From: Dehalococcoidia bacterium
GTDB taxonomy: Bacteria > Chloroflexota > Dehalococcoidia > Lucifugimonadales > G958296245
Length of the DNA: 64,000 nt
Direction: 5' to 3'
Assembly: GCA_965262055.1 (NCBI GenBank)
Contig: CBDHEI010000002.1
Span: forward strand, 3,220,347-3,284,346
Positions 46,845 through 57,684 of this stretch are shown here, piece after piece. The translations under genes were made by a program, and so were the position numbers. Under the pieces are notes generated by a model. That model searched no databases. It was not told the origin of the DNA and worked only from the letters and a program-made list of their open reading frames with translations. Each line of letters starts with the position of its first letter. Position 1 is the stretch's first letter.

Positions 46845-47912
46845 CTATCGCTGGATCGTCTCGACCGAGACTTCCGCGGCTATGCGGTCAATCGTCGCCA
46901 TTACCGTCTGAGGGATGGGAATGCCTTCGGCTAGACGCCGCTCCCTTGTTAGAAACTCGATCTCGCCAGGCATATACACCGCCTCTGTGCCCTCGGCCAG
47001 GGCGCTGTCGTGTACCTGCCGGGCCAGTGAGTCGACCCTCTCCTTGAACTCGCCAAGCGGCATCACCTTGCCGACGTCGATGGCGTAGAAGTAGTGGCTG
47101 ACCTTCACGGGATAGAACACGTCTGTCGACGCCAGGGCGTCCCGGGGCACGTCTTTCCCCGTGAGACCCCCGCCTATCACGGAGGTAAGCACCTCCAGGG
47201 CCACGGTCAGTGCGAAGCCTTTGGCCCCCGCCATGGGGGCTACGAGTCCAAGCAGTGCCTCCTCGGCGTCCGTGGTGGGGCGCCCCTGCCGGTCGAGCGC
47301 CCAGTCGGGCGGTATGCTCTCGCCCTTGGCAGCCGCCACGCGGATCTTGTTGCGGGCCGCCGTGCTAGATGCCATGTCTAGGACGACGGGGTATGACTCG
47401 CCAGCCGGCGCGGCAACGCAGAAGGGGTTGTTGCTCACGGTTTCTGTGATGCCGCCCCAGGGCGCCATGATGGCCGGGCCGTTCGTGCTGCACACGCCTA
47501 TCATCCCCTGTTGGACGGCCATCATTCCGTAGTAGGCCAGCGCTCCCATGTGGTTCGAGTTGCGCACGATGACCGTGGCCGCGCCGTGGCTGCGGGCGCG
47601 CTCTATCGCCAGCGACATCGCCTGCACGGAGACGACTTGGCCCATGCCCCCGCCGCCGTCGAGAACGGCCAGCCCGCCCGCGTCGGCAACCGTCGTGACC
47701 TCGGGGGTCGGGTTGATCCCGTTCTGGAGCCCTCGGACGTACCTGTGCAAGAGCTGAACCCCGTGGGAATAAACCCCGCGCAGGTCCGCCTCCAGCAGGC
47801 TGTCCGCTATGACCGCCGCGTCGGACTTCGGTACGGAGACGGCGGCGAGCGCCCTCTCGCCGAAGGCTCGATGGGCGTCCGCCGTCACGATGACGTCTTG
47901 TCCTTCAGCCAT
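46845..47912 (-). CDS. Ldh_2-family (malate/L-sulfolactate-type) oxidoreductase
   Basis: ADLRGVYSHG, NSNHMGA, NNPFCVAAP, LDMASS, YMPGE. Confidence 0.88.
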   Translation of the reverse strand: MAEGQDVIVTADAHRAFGERALAAVSVPKSDAAVIADSLLEADLRGVYSHGVQLLHRYVRGLQNGINPTPEVTTVADAGGLAVLDGGGGMGQVVSVQAMSLAIERARSHGAATVIVRNSNHMGALAYYGMMAVQQGMIGVCSTNGPAIMAPWGGITETVSNNPFCVAAPAGESYPVVLDMASSTAARNKIRVAAAKGESIPPDWALDRQGRPTTDAEEALLGLVAPMAGAKGFALTVALEVLTSVIGGGLTGKDVPRDALASTDVFYPVKVSHYFYAIDVGKVMPLGEFKERVDSLARQVHDSALAEGTEAVYMPGEIEFLTRERRLAEGIPIPQTVMATIDRIAAEVSVETIQR

Positions 47913-48080
47913 ATGTACGGACCTCGCGTCGAAGATGTGTCCGCATTCTATAGTCGTGCCGCAGGGGGCGCAAACTGCTCCAAGCTAGCCCAGGTCTACC
48001 ACCTCAGTCACATTGCCTGGAGGATTCAGCCTGGGGTCGGCTGCGCGCCGGTGTGATATGGGGGCGCCAGAGGGGTGGGG

Positions 48081-48839
48081 CTATGGGCCCCTGGGGAGGG
48101 CGGTGAAGTCTATGTGCCCGGAGGCCGGGTAGTAGCTGCCGGGTGGGTTGGCGTCGGCGGAGACCCAGTAGTCGGCGGGGTCGCGCCAGGTGTCGACGCC
48201 CTTGCGCATGGCTTCGCGCTCGTAGTAGCTGGGACCGGTGGGCGGGTCGGCGGGTGTGGGCCGGGGCTCTTCCGGGTACTGGAGCGGTGGCGGGTCTGCG
48301 CTCGCTTCGGGCTCTTCGGTCGAGGCGGCCGGGGGCGTTGGGCGGGCGGGCGGTGGCGGCTCCGGGTCGTCGCGCCGTTGAGGGTCGTCGTTCCAGGAGT
48401 CGGCGTCGCGCCGGGCCTTGGCGGCGGCCCTTGCTTCTTTCCTCTCCTTGTAGGCGGAGTAGAGGTCGCACTCTGCTGTGAGGGCTTCGTCCAGCTTGTC
48501 GGGGTCGTCCTCGTAGGCTTGGTGGAGCGTATCGCCGATGCCGTGGGGGAAGGTCTCTTCGTCCTCGTCCTCCTCGTCCTCCTCGTCGTCGTCGCCGTCG
48601 TCGTAGTAGTGGTCGCCGCCGTCGGAGTGGTCGTCTCGGCAGAGGCGCAGGAGCTCTTTGGCAGCCGAGAGCCTGTGGTGGGGCTTGAAGCCGTCGAGGT
48701 TTCCGTGCATGACGTCGACGAGGAATCGTACGACGAGTCTGCCGCCGTCGGTCTCGTCGCGGGCGATGTCGGCGAGTGAGGGGTATCTGTCCTCGCTGGC
48801 GTCGTCGTTGTGTTGCGCGGGCTGCGCTTCGTAAGACAT
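48081..48839 (-). CDS. hypothetical protein: small N-terminal helical domain, then acidic and Pro-rich tail
   Basis: DETDGGRLVVRFLVDVMHG...HRLSAAKELLR; strong promoter directly upstream. Confidence 0.7.
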   Translation of the reverse strand: MSYEAQPAQHNDDASEDRYPSLADIARDETDGGRLVVRFLVDVMHGNLDGFKPHHRLSAAKELLRLCRDDHSDGGDHYYDDGDDDEEDEEDEDEETFPHGIGDTLHQAYEDDPDKLDEALTAECDLYSAYKERKEARAAAKARRDADSWNDDPQRRDDPEPPPPARPTPPAASTEEPEASADPPPLQYPEEPRPTPADPPTGPSYYEREAMRKGVDTWRDPADYWVSADANPPGSYYPASGHIDFTALPRGP

Positions 48840-48846
48840 GTGTTCT

Positions 48847-48876
48847 ATAATAGGGGGTGGCGCAGGGGTTTGTCAA
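48847..48876 (-). promoter_or_regulatory. promoter TTGACA-N18-TATTAT, ATG 7 nt downstream (leaderless geometry)
   Basis: -35 at 48871-48876, -10 at 48847-48852, no RBS. Confidence 0.75.
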
Positions 48877-48891
48877 GTGGGTCCACGAACG

Positions 48892-49519
48892 GGTAGTGTC
48901 TCAGTTTGCAAGTCATGGAACGCAGGCCACCCACGGGTACGGTCGATGGACAGTCACCCACCTCGGCTCTGTCGTCCTCTCACGTGAAGGATAGGTGCCA
49001 CCTGTTGTGGGCCGAGCATACCCAGAGAACCACCGAGGAGATGTAGAGCGGTATGTGATATTGTAATGGCCGTGCCATTTCCCATCGTCGTAGTAGCGAT
49101 AGGGACCAATGTGCTGCTCCAGGGCCGCGAGCTCCTCAGCATCGACGTCCAGGGGAATGTCCACGCCGTTGACGGCCATCCTGTAGCTGTTTCCCTTGAC
49201 CTCAAACATGACGTGATTGGTAGCCAGAGGGCCGCTGTCAAAGTCGGTCAGACTGCCTGAGTCCAAGCGAATCGCGGGCTCTCCCCAACTCTGGTAGAAA
49301 CTCTTAACCACACTGTCGTTCTCGTAAAGCCTTCCGTGTCGAGCCTCATATGATGATTCAAATAATGTATAGCGAAAATCGACTGTGAAAGTCCCGTCGG
49401 ACGACACCAGGACTAGAAGGTCCATACCTTTGTCGGGCACACTTCGCACCATGAAGCCATATTGGAACCCCGGCAACCCCGGCGCCTAGCTCGTCAGATT
49501 GGCAAACTGAGACACTACC
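48892..49519. mobile_element. 628-bp non-autonomous element with Mutator-superfamily-like (IS256/ISH6-type) ends and passenger DNA
   Basis: Perfect 18-bp TIR GGTAGTGTCTCAGTTTGC; 8-bp direct repeat CACGAACG at 48884-48891 and 49520-49527; no transposase inside. Confidence 0.9.
48913..49476 (-). CDS. passenger ORF or gene fragment, beta-sandwich-like (DUF1080/LamG-like by eye)
   Basis: Fills the TIR interior; YGFMVR...LVSSDGTF...ATNHVMFEVKGNSYRMAVNG; lower GC than the flanks; weak TTG start without RBS. Confidence 0.45.
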   Translation of the reverse strand: MPGFQYGFMVRSVPDKGMDLLVLVSSDGTFTVDFRYTLFESSYEARHGRLYENDSVVKSFYQSWGEPAIRLDSGSLTDFDSGPLATNHVMFEVKGNSYRMAVNGVDIPLDVDAEELAALEQHIGPYRYYDDGKWHGHYNITYRSTSPRWFSGYARPTTGGTYPSRERTTEPRWVTVHRPYPWVACVP

Positions 49520-49601
49520 CACGAACGAAGGGGCTATATGCCGCCCGCCCCGGACGGTCTCGCAAGCCGATATACTCTGGGTCAGCCATCCTCGGAGGAG
49601 C

Positions 49602-50999
49602 ATGGGCATGAACGTCATATGGATCGTCGCGGACACGTTCAGGCAAGACCACCTCGGGGCGTACGGGAAGGCTGAGATAAGCACGCCCTCCCTCGACACG
49701 CTGGCCTCGAAGTCGATGCGGTTCGAACGGCACTACGCGGCCGGCTTCCCGACGATGCCGACCCGCGCCGACCACGCTACGGGCCGGTGGACCATGTCGT
49801 TCATGGGGTGGGAGCCGATACCCGACGAGGCCACAACCCTTGCCGAGATACTGGCCAGGCAGGGCGTGCACACGGCGGCCATGGTGGACACGCCCTTCTA
49901 CCTGCGCGGCGGAATGAATTACGACAAGGGCTTCCAGACCTTCTCTATGTACACGGGCCAGGAGGGCTCAGTCACCCGTCTGATAGAGGCCCACCACCAC
50001 GAGTCCCGCGATGCCCGGGAAGCCTGGCGCTTCGAGGCGGACCGGAACGTGGCCCAGACGGTCAACCGCGCGATGGAGTGGCTCCAGCGCCACTACAAAG
50101 AGGACTTCTTCCTCTACGTGGACACCTGGGACCCCCACGAACCCTGGGACGCGCCGAGCTACTACACGGAGATGTACATGCCGGACTACGACGGCGAGGT
50201 GGTGCAGCCCATATACGGCCACTGGCATGACGCGCATGGCTTCACGGACAGCCGCGTCCGCAAGGCGCTGGCAACCTACAAGGGCGAGGTTACGATGGTC
50301 GACACCTGGGTAGGCCACCTGCTGCGCGCCGTGGAAAACATGGGGCTGATGGAGAATACGGCCATCATCTTCACATCAGACCACGGATTCTACTTCGGGG
50401 AACACGGCGGGCTTTTCGGGAAACTCACCTTTGCCAAGGGCCCTGACGGCTCCCTGTACCAGCACGGCGACCCGAATGCCATGTGGGACTTTTCGCCACT
50501 GTACGAGGAAATAGTCCTCGTGCCGTTGCTGGTCTACGTGCCCGGCGCGAGCCCAGGCGCTTACAGAGGCTTGACTTCGGCAGTGGACGTGATGCCTACC
50601 GTCCTGGAGGCTATGGGGCAGGGAGTCCCGAATTGGGTAGAGGGCGAGTCCCTGCTCCCGAAGGTTCACGACCCGTCGTTGCCTGGCCGTGACTTCACCG
50701 TTTCAACGGTGCCGTTCGCCAATCCGGGGGATTCCGTTGACTCGGTGGACAACATCAGGCGCCGGCTCGGCAGGGCGCCCGTGACGACGGTCACGACGGA
50801 CGAGTGGTCCCTGTTGTACAGCATCGACGCCGGGATGTCGCAGCTTTACCATCTGCCGTCGGACGCTGGGCAGCACAGCGACCTGTTAGGCCAAAACCCC
50901 AGCGTCGCGAGGGCCGTGCACGAAAGGCTCTTGAAGTTCATGGCGGATACTCGCCTGCCGGAGCCGCTGAGGGACCCGAGGGCCGAGCTCCGGCTATAG
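49602..50999 (+). CDS. sulfatase-fold hydrolase with Thr at the Cys/Ser nucleophile position
   Basis: ADTFRQDH, TMPTR, DTWDPHEPW, SDHG, LYEE; GGAGGAG RBS. Confidence 0.85.
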   Translation: MGMNVIWIVADTFRQDHLGAYGKAEISTPSLDTLASKSMRFERHYAAGFPTMPTRADHATGRWTMSFMGWEPIPDEATTLAEILARQGVHTAAMVDTPFYLRGGMNYDKGFQTFSMYTGQEGSVTRLIEAHHHESRDAREAWRFEADRNVAQTVNRAMEWLQRHYKEDFFLYVDTWDPHEPWDAPSYYTEMYMPDYDGEVVQPIYGHWHDAHGFTDSRVRKALATYKGEVTMVDTWVGHLLRAVENMGLMENTAIIFTSDHGFYFGEHGGLFGKLTFAKGPDGSLYQHGDPNAMWDFSPLYEEIVLVPLLVYVPGASPGAYRGLTSAVDVMPTVLEAMGQGVPNWVEGESLLPKVHDPSLPGRDFTVSTVPFANPGDSVDSVDNIRRRLGRAPVTTVTTDEWSLLYSIDAGMSQLYHLPSDAGQHSDLLGQNPSVARAVHERLLKFMADTRLPEPLRDPRAELRL

Positions 51000-51046
51000 C
51001 AAGGCCCTTGCTCCGGTCCCCCTCCGAAGTACGAGGGCATTCGTCT

Positions 51047-52922
51047 TCCCAGATTCCCCACCTAACATAGTTGGTGTGGCCTTCGTGGATTTACGCCCGT
51101 GTTGAGTATCGATTCGGTGGTTCCATATGGTCGGATCGGGCCGTAGGTAGGACCTTGGCCGAAGACTTTGAGGGTATGGGCAGCGTAGCCGCACCGATTA
51201 TGGCTGTCCTCAGGCCGAAGAAGGCATGGCGCAGCCTGGGCGACCTTGCTGAGTCGCCTTCAACCGATGCACAGACAGGACCGCTTATGGTTGGTACGGC
51301 TCGGCGGACAGCGCCAATATCCTCTGACGTGCCCTGATCAACAACTCGTATGAGGGATGGCCCCGCGCCAGACGGATGATCAGCTTCCTGGCGTGTCGCA
51401 TCACCCGGCCCGGAAGGGCGATCAGGGCGAAGCGCACTGCCTTGAGACGCTTGCTCACCCACTGTCCTCCCAACGCCAGCCGCTTCATCGCAGAGCTCAG
51501 GTTGAAGGCCAGCACCGCTATGGCCCACCATGCGGCGTTGGCTCCGAACAGCCCCGACGGGAGCCTGCCCGCAGCCAGGTCACTCTTCAGGACGCTGTGG
51601 ACCTGCTCGCCTTTACCGCATCTCTGCCTGTACCACCGGATCATCTCATCTCCCGGAAGGTCTCGGTTGGTCACCAACCCGGAGACCTTGTGCCAGGCTC
51701 CGCCGGCCAGCCTCATCACGGGGAAGGGCAGTTCCAGCTGCAGTTCCATTCCCGGCAGAGGCTGTTCGCTCAGCGGCTCCCTGATAGCGATGAACCGGTA
51801 TTCAGGGTTCTTCTTGCTGTAGGCTATCCAGTCTGGTACGAAGTTCACCTCCGCCCACTGTTGACCTGTCTCGACCCAAGTGGCGCCCAGTCTGCGGTGC
51901 GGGGCATGCCAGTCTTGTTCGGCAACCTCGGACACCGCGCGCCTGAACTCCGGCGTCACGTTGAGCCCTACCGCAAACTCGATCACTCCGAAGCGCTCGT
52001 CTCTGCCCTCGGCGCAGTACCGCAGCAACTCGTGCTGATACCCAGCCGCGTCCGACCGCAGCATCACCTTGTCCACCGCACAAGGCAGATGCTCCAACGC
52101 TTCGGTCAACACTCGCAGTTGCTGATAGCCAGCAGGTACGTTGCCGTCCCGAAACTCCGAATGCACTATCAACTCAGCCTCGGCCCAGTAGGTCGTCAGA
52201 GGCTGATACGCCTTGTACTTCTTGTAGCTGTAGAGCGCCTGCTGCTTGTGCGTCTCCACCAGCGTGGCGTCCATGTCCAACGTGGCTTGAGCGCAGGGCG
52301 AACGGCTCTGTACGAAGCTCACCATATCGGCGTTCACCTTATGCAGACCCCCCAGCGCTTCGTTGGGTGAAGGTATGAACGCTCTGTGAGCTTCCCGACT
52401 GGACTCCTCGCCCGCCTCGTGGAATCTCTCCAGGTACCGGAACACCGCCGACTCCGATGGCATGCTCCGCCGACGCTCTACACGCCATCGCTCTTCCAAC
52501 GCTCTACGCTCTCGACGACCCATCCCATAGCTCTCGACTTCCCGAAGCACCCTGCACAACCCCGCGTCCTTCTCCAGAACATCCAGATCGACCACTGACT
52601 CACCGCCTGCCAGGTTCAGCAGTATCAGCGAGCTGACCACTTGGCTGTCCGTCCAGCCCTGACCACACTCCCGCAGTCCCACGTGGCGCTCTACCGACGA
52701 CCTCAAACCTGCTGCGTGCATCAACTCCAAGTACGTCATCATCCCCGCCATCGCCGTCATGCCCGGCGAGCTCTTCTCCTGCTCGTACTGGAACGGCAGA
52801 ACCCCTTGCTTCATAATAGGTGCACCTCGTTGGTGATCGTTTCTCTCTTCCAAGAAACATCTTAGCCCCCTTCACGGCGGGCTCCAACGAGGTCTTCTTC
52901 TTCTCTAGGTGGGGAATCTGGG
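51047..52922 (-). mobile_element. IS1380-family element B (1876 bp)
   Basis: Perfect 17-bp TIR CCCAGATTCCCCACCTA; 4-bp direct repeat TCTT at 51043-51046 and 52923-52926. Confidence 0.92.
51285..52814 (-). CDS. IS1380-family transposase (509 aa), distinct from element A
   Basis: TLDMDATL, LRSDAAGY, GKGEQVHSVLK, PSGLFGANAAW. Confidence 0.88.
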   Translation of the reverse strand: MKQGVLPFQYEQEKSSPGMTAMAGMMTYLELMHAAGLRSSVERHVGLRECGQGWTDSQVVSSLILLNLAGGESVVDLDVLEKDAGLCRVLREVESYGMGRRERRALEERWRVERRRSMPSESAVFRYLERFHEAGEESSREAHRAFIPSPNEALGGLHKVNADMVSFVQSRSPCAQATLDMDATLVETHKQQALYSYKKYKAYQPLTTYWAEAELIVHSEFRDGNVPAGYQQLRVLTEALEHLPCAVDKVMLRSDAAGYQHELLRYCAEGRDERFGVIEFAVGLNVTPEFRRAVSEVAEQDWHAPHRRLGATWVETGQQWAEVNFVPDWIAYSKKNPEYRFIAIREPLSEQPLPGMELQLELPFPVMRLAGGAWHKVSGLVTNRDLPGDEMIRWYRQRCGKGEQVHSVLKSDLAAGRLPSGLFGANAAWWAIAVLAFNLSSAMKRLALGGQWVSKRLKAVRFALIALPGRVMRHARKLIIRLARGHPSYELLIRARQRILALSAEPYQP

Positions 52923-53037
52923 TCTTCATACTTCCTTGACACTACTGTGGTACTTTTAGGGGGATCGTTGCTTCCATCGACTGGGCTGCACTCCAAAGGC
53001 GTGCATCGGGCGTATATGTAGTAGTGAGGAGTCAGCT

Positions 53038-53916
53038 TTGCGCCCCGAAACTATTCCACCGCGTGTGTCCGACATGGAGGCTCCGGCCGATTCGTCGGTT
53101 CCTCGGGCGCCAACCTGGAGAAGGCGTTGGCGGGTCCTTCGTGAGAGGTCCGCTGCGCTGACTCTTGTCGCTTTCGGCGTGGTTGCGTTGCTGCTCGCCT
53201 TGCTACTTTGGACGACCTTCCGTACAGATGACCAGCAGCTTGTGGCTACAGACGTAGAGGAGGCAGTTGCACGGGCCTTAGCCTCTGCAACACCGTCTCC
53301 AGTCATCTCTGCCCAGGTCTACCAGGCCATACTGCCGTCCCTGGTCGTGGTACAGACGGACAACGGCAGTGAAGGGAACGGCTACGGGATCGGAACCGGA
53401 GTAGTCGTTAACAGCGACGCCGAGGTGCTAACGGCGTTGCACGTCATTCAGGGCGCGACGGAGATCCAGCTAGCCTTCGCGGACGGCACCAGGACATCCG
53501 CCACCGTCACCAACGTGGACCCGGAGAGAGACATCGCGGTCCTGACGCCGGCCGTGCTGCCGAACTTCGTCATACCCGCTACCATCGGCAGCTCCTCAGC
53601 GATGCGCGTCGGCGACGAGGTATTCGCAGTGGGCAACCCGCTTGGTCTGGTTGGCTCGTTTAGTGCGGGCGTAGTATCCGGATTCGACCGCGACTTCAGG
53701 CCTGAGGGCAGGGAGGAACCTCTGCGCGGCCTGATCCAGTTCGACGCGGCCGTGAATCCGGGCAATTCGGGCGGTCCACTGCTGGACCGACGCGGGCAGG
53801 TCGTCGGCATCGTTACCGGGCTGATCAACCCTACCGATCTGGACTTCTTCATTGGGATAGGATTCGCTGTCCCCATCGACGTGGCGGTCAGTGCCGCCGG
53901 AGGGCCGGCGCAGTAG
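53038..53916 (+). CDS. membrane-anchored S1C (trypsin-like) serine protease without PDZ
   Basis: N-terminal TM; triad motifs TALHV, RDIAVL, GNSGGP. Confidence 0.9.
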   Translation: MRPETIPPRVSDMEAPADSSVPRAPTWRRRWRVLRERSAALTLVAFGVVALLLALLLWTTFRTDDQQLVATDVEEAVARALASATPSPVISAQVYQAILPSLVVVQTDNGSEGNGYGIGTGVVVNSDAEVLTALHVIQGATEIQLAFADGTRTSATVTNVDPERDIAVLTPAVLPNFVIPATIGSSSAMRVGDEVFAVGNPLGLVGSFSAGVVSGFDRDFRPEGREEPLRGLIQFDAAVNPGNSGGPLLDRRGQVVGIVTGLINPTDLDFFIGIGFAVPIDVAVSAAGGPAQ

Positions 53917-53940
53917 TCGACCGAGAGGTGTGTATCTGGT

Positions 53941-54942
<1,002 letters not shown>

Positions 54943-55847
54943 TCGGAGGGCTCCCGAGCGGGTGCTGCACCGCCTCGACTGGCAGGTGCTGCGCCGGCTT
55001 GATGGAATCCTCCAGGGAGACTACCGGAGCCTCTTCATGGGCGGCGGTCTCGACTTCGCCGAGTTGCGCGAGTACCAGCCGCCGGACGACATCCGCCACA
55101 TCGACTGGAACGTGACGGCGCGGATGGACATGCCGTATGTACGCCGGTACTTGGAAGACCGAGAGGTCACGGCATGGTTTCTGCTCGATCTGAGCCCTTC
55201 GATGGCCTTCGGCGCGGTCGAGCGGCGCAAAGAGTCCGTCATGGTCGACTTCGTAGGGGTACTGGCACGTCTGCTCACACGGAACGGGAACCGGGTCGGC
55301 GCCATCCTGTATGACAACAAAGTTGAGTTTGCTATTCCTCCGCGGAGCGGACGGCCACAGGTGCTTCGGCTGATCAACGACATCCAGAGGCAGCAGTCGT
55401 CGCCAGGCGGGGCGATGACAGACCTGTCCAAGCTGCTACAGTCAGCGTTCAATAGCATTAAGCGGCGGTCGCTTATTTTCCTGGTCTCGGACTTCATCTG
55501 CCTGCCGGGATGGGATAAGGCGATGGACCGCCTCAACAGCAAGCACGATCTGCTGGCGGTGCGCCTCTGGGACCCGCGTGAGGCAGACCTGCCCGATGTC
55601 GGTGTTGTGCTCGTAGAGGACTCGGAGACGGGGGTCCAGATGAGCGTGGACACGAGCGACAGGGGGTTCCGACGGCGGTTTCACGAAGCGGCCCGCCGCC
55701 GTGAAGCCGAGCTGGAGCAGACCTTCAAGCACGCCGGTGTGGACGAGCTGTCGCTGTCCACCGAGGAGGACCTAGTACTGGCCATCCTTCGATTCGCCTC
55801 GCTGCGCAGCAGGGCGCGGCGGCCTCAGTGGTAGGGGAGTAGGAACG

Positions 55848-56834
55848 GTGTCCTTCATCTGGCCGTGGGTCCTCGTCTCTCTGTTGGCGCTGCCCGTGTG
55901 CGTCTACGTGTACGTGCGGCTACAGCGGAGGCGGAGGGAGGACGCAGCCAGTCTGGGCGCGCTGGGCTCCGTGCGGGAAGGAGTCTCCACTCTGGCAGGG
56001 CGGCGGCGCCACATTCCGCCCATCATATTCCTGATCGGCGTTGCACTGCTGGCAGTGGCTTCGGCCCGTCCGCAGCTAACTCTGCCGGTGCCCCGGATGG
56101 AGGGTACCGTCGTGCTGACGTTCGACGTATCGTCCAGCATGGCTGCCGATGACGTCGAGCCGACGAGGATGGACGCCGCCAAGAAGACTGCGAGGGCCCT
56201 CATCGACCGGCGTGCCAGCGGCGCCAGGATTGGGATCGTAGCCTTTGGAGAGAGCGGGCTGGTGGTGCAGCCGCCGACCGACGATGACGAAGCGCTGGGC
56301 GCAACCATCGACCGCCTGGTGCCCCAGAGCGGGACGTCGCTGGGCAGGGGGATACTAACCGCACTGAACCTCGTCTCGGCGGAGTCCGGCCTCGGCTTTG
56401 GGGAGCCAGCCTCGGAGGATGGAGCGGCGCCTCGGGGCGTCTTCGCGCCCTCGGTCATCGTGCTGCTGACGGACGGGGAGAACACGGACCCTCCCGACCC
56501 GCTGGAAGCCGCGCAGACGGCCATCGACCGCGGTGTACGTGTCTACGCCGTAGGTTTCGGCACTGAGGAGGGCGCAGTCCTAGAGGTCGACGGTTTCAAC
56601 CTCTTCACACAGCTAAACGAGCCCGTCTTGCAGGAGATCGCGCTGCAGTCCGAGGGCGTCTACTTCAGGATAGAAGACCTCGAGGACGTGCCGTCTGTCT
56701 ACGAGGAGCTTGAGACCGAGTTCGTCGTCGAGTCCAGAGAGATAGAGGTCACGTCCGCCTTTGGAGGTGTGAGCGCACTGCTGCTCCTCGCTGGCGGCGC
56801 TCTTTCGCTATTCTGGTTCGGGCGGATGCCGTAG
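55848..56834 (+). CDS. BatA-type membrane vWA protein
   Basis: N-terminal TMs, ARPQ, MIDAS FDVSSSM, LLTDGEN, C-terminal TM. Confidence 0.9.
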   Translation: MSFIWPWVLVSLLALPVCVYVYVRLQRRRREDAASLGALGSVREGVSTLAGRRRHIPPIIFLIGVALLAVASARPQLTLPVPRMEGTVVLTFDVSSSMAADDVEPTRMDAAKKTARALIDRRASGARIGIVAFGESGLVVQPPTDDDEALGATIDRLVPQSGTSLGRGILTALNLVSAESGLGFGEPASEDGAAPRGVFAPSVIVLLTDGENTDPPDPLEAAQTAIDRGVRVYAVGFGTEEGAVLEVDGFNLFTQLNEPVLQEIALQSEGVYFRIEDLEDVPSVYEELETEFVVESREIEVTSAFGGVSALLLLAGGALSLFWFGRMP

Positions 56835-57684
56835 GCGGAGGTCATTCCATGGGGTTGCTTTGGCCGGCCTACCTGTTGCTTTTGACCGCGATACCGCTGG
56901 TCGTGGTGGCGTATGTCCTGGTGCTGAGGCGGAGGAGGCGGTTTGCCGTCCAGTACTCCAGCCTGTCCCTTATACGGCAGGCGATGCCAAGCGGCTTCCG
57001 ATGGAGACGCCATCTGCCGTTCGCACTGATGGCGCTTGCCATCGCGTTGCTCATCCTGGCTCTTTCGAGGCCATTCGCAAACGTGACGGTGGCCTCCAGC
57101 AGGACCACCGTAATGCTGGCGCTGGACGTATCGCTGAGCATGTGCGCCGACGACATCTACCCCAACAGGCTCACGGTCGCCCAAGAAGCCGCAGAGGGGT
57201 TCATAGATAGCCAGGAGCCCGGGACCCGGGTGGGCATAGTCGCCTTCGCCGGCATCGCCCAGCTTATCGTGCCGCCCACGACCGACAGGGACGCCCTGCT
57301 GGAGGCGGTATCGAACCTGACCACGGCGCGCGCAACGGCCGTGGGCAGCGCGATCGCCCGCTCGCTCGACGCCCTTGCCGAGGTGAACCCCGACATCGAG
57401 CCCGTAAGCGTGTACGTGACCCCACGGGAAGGCGAGACGGACCCCGGGCTGGAAGACAGCTTTCAGCCGGATGTGATCGTGCTGCTGACGGATGGGGCGA
57501 GCAACCGCGGGGTGCGCCCGCTGGCCGCCGCCCGCGCCGCCCGCGACCGCGGGGTCCGGGTGTACACCATCGGCTTCGGCACAACGAGCCCGTCCGTCTT
57601 GAGGTGCACGCCGGGCCAGCTTGGGGGAGACGAGCTGGCCAACCGCATCGGCCGGGGCGGTTTCGGGAGCTTCGGAGGCTTTAG

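Noticed and set aside
48075-48876. Plus-strand ORFs 48004..48876 and 48075..48779
   Set aside because: They are Arg- or Val/Gly-rich shadows of the minus-strand gene, which has the promoter.
57661-57679. TTCGG-N4-TTCGG next to the copy 3 target, resembling the IS terminal repeat
   Set aside because: It is explained by Phe-Gly codons of the host loop, and nothing similar flanks copies 1 or 2.
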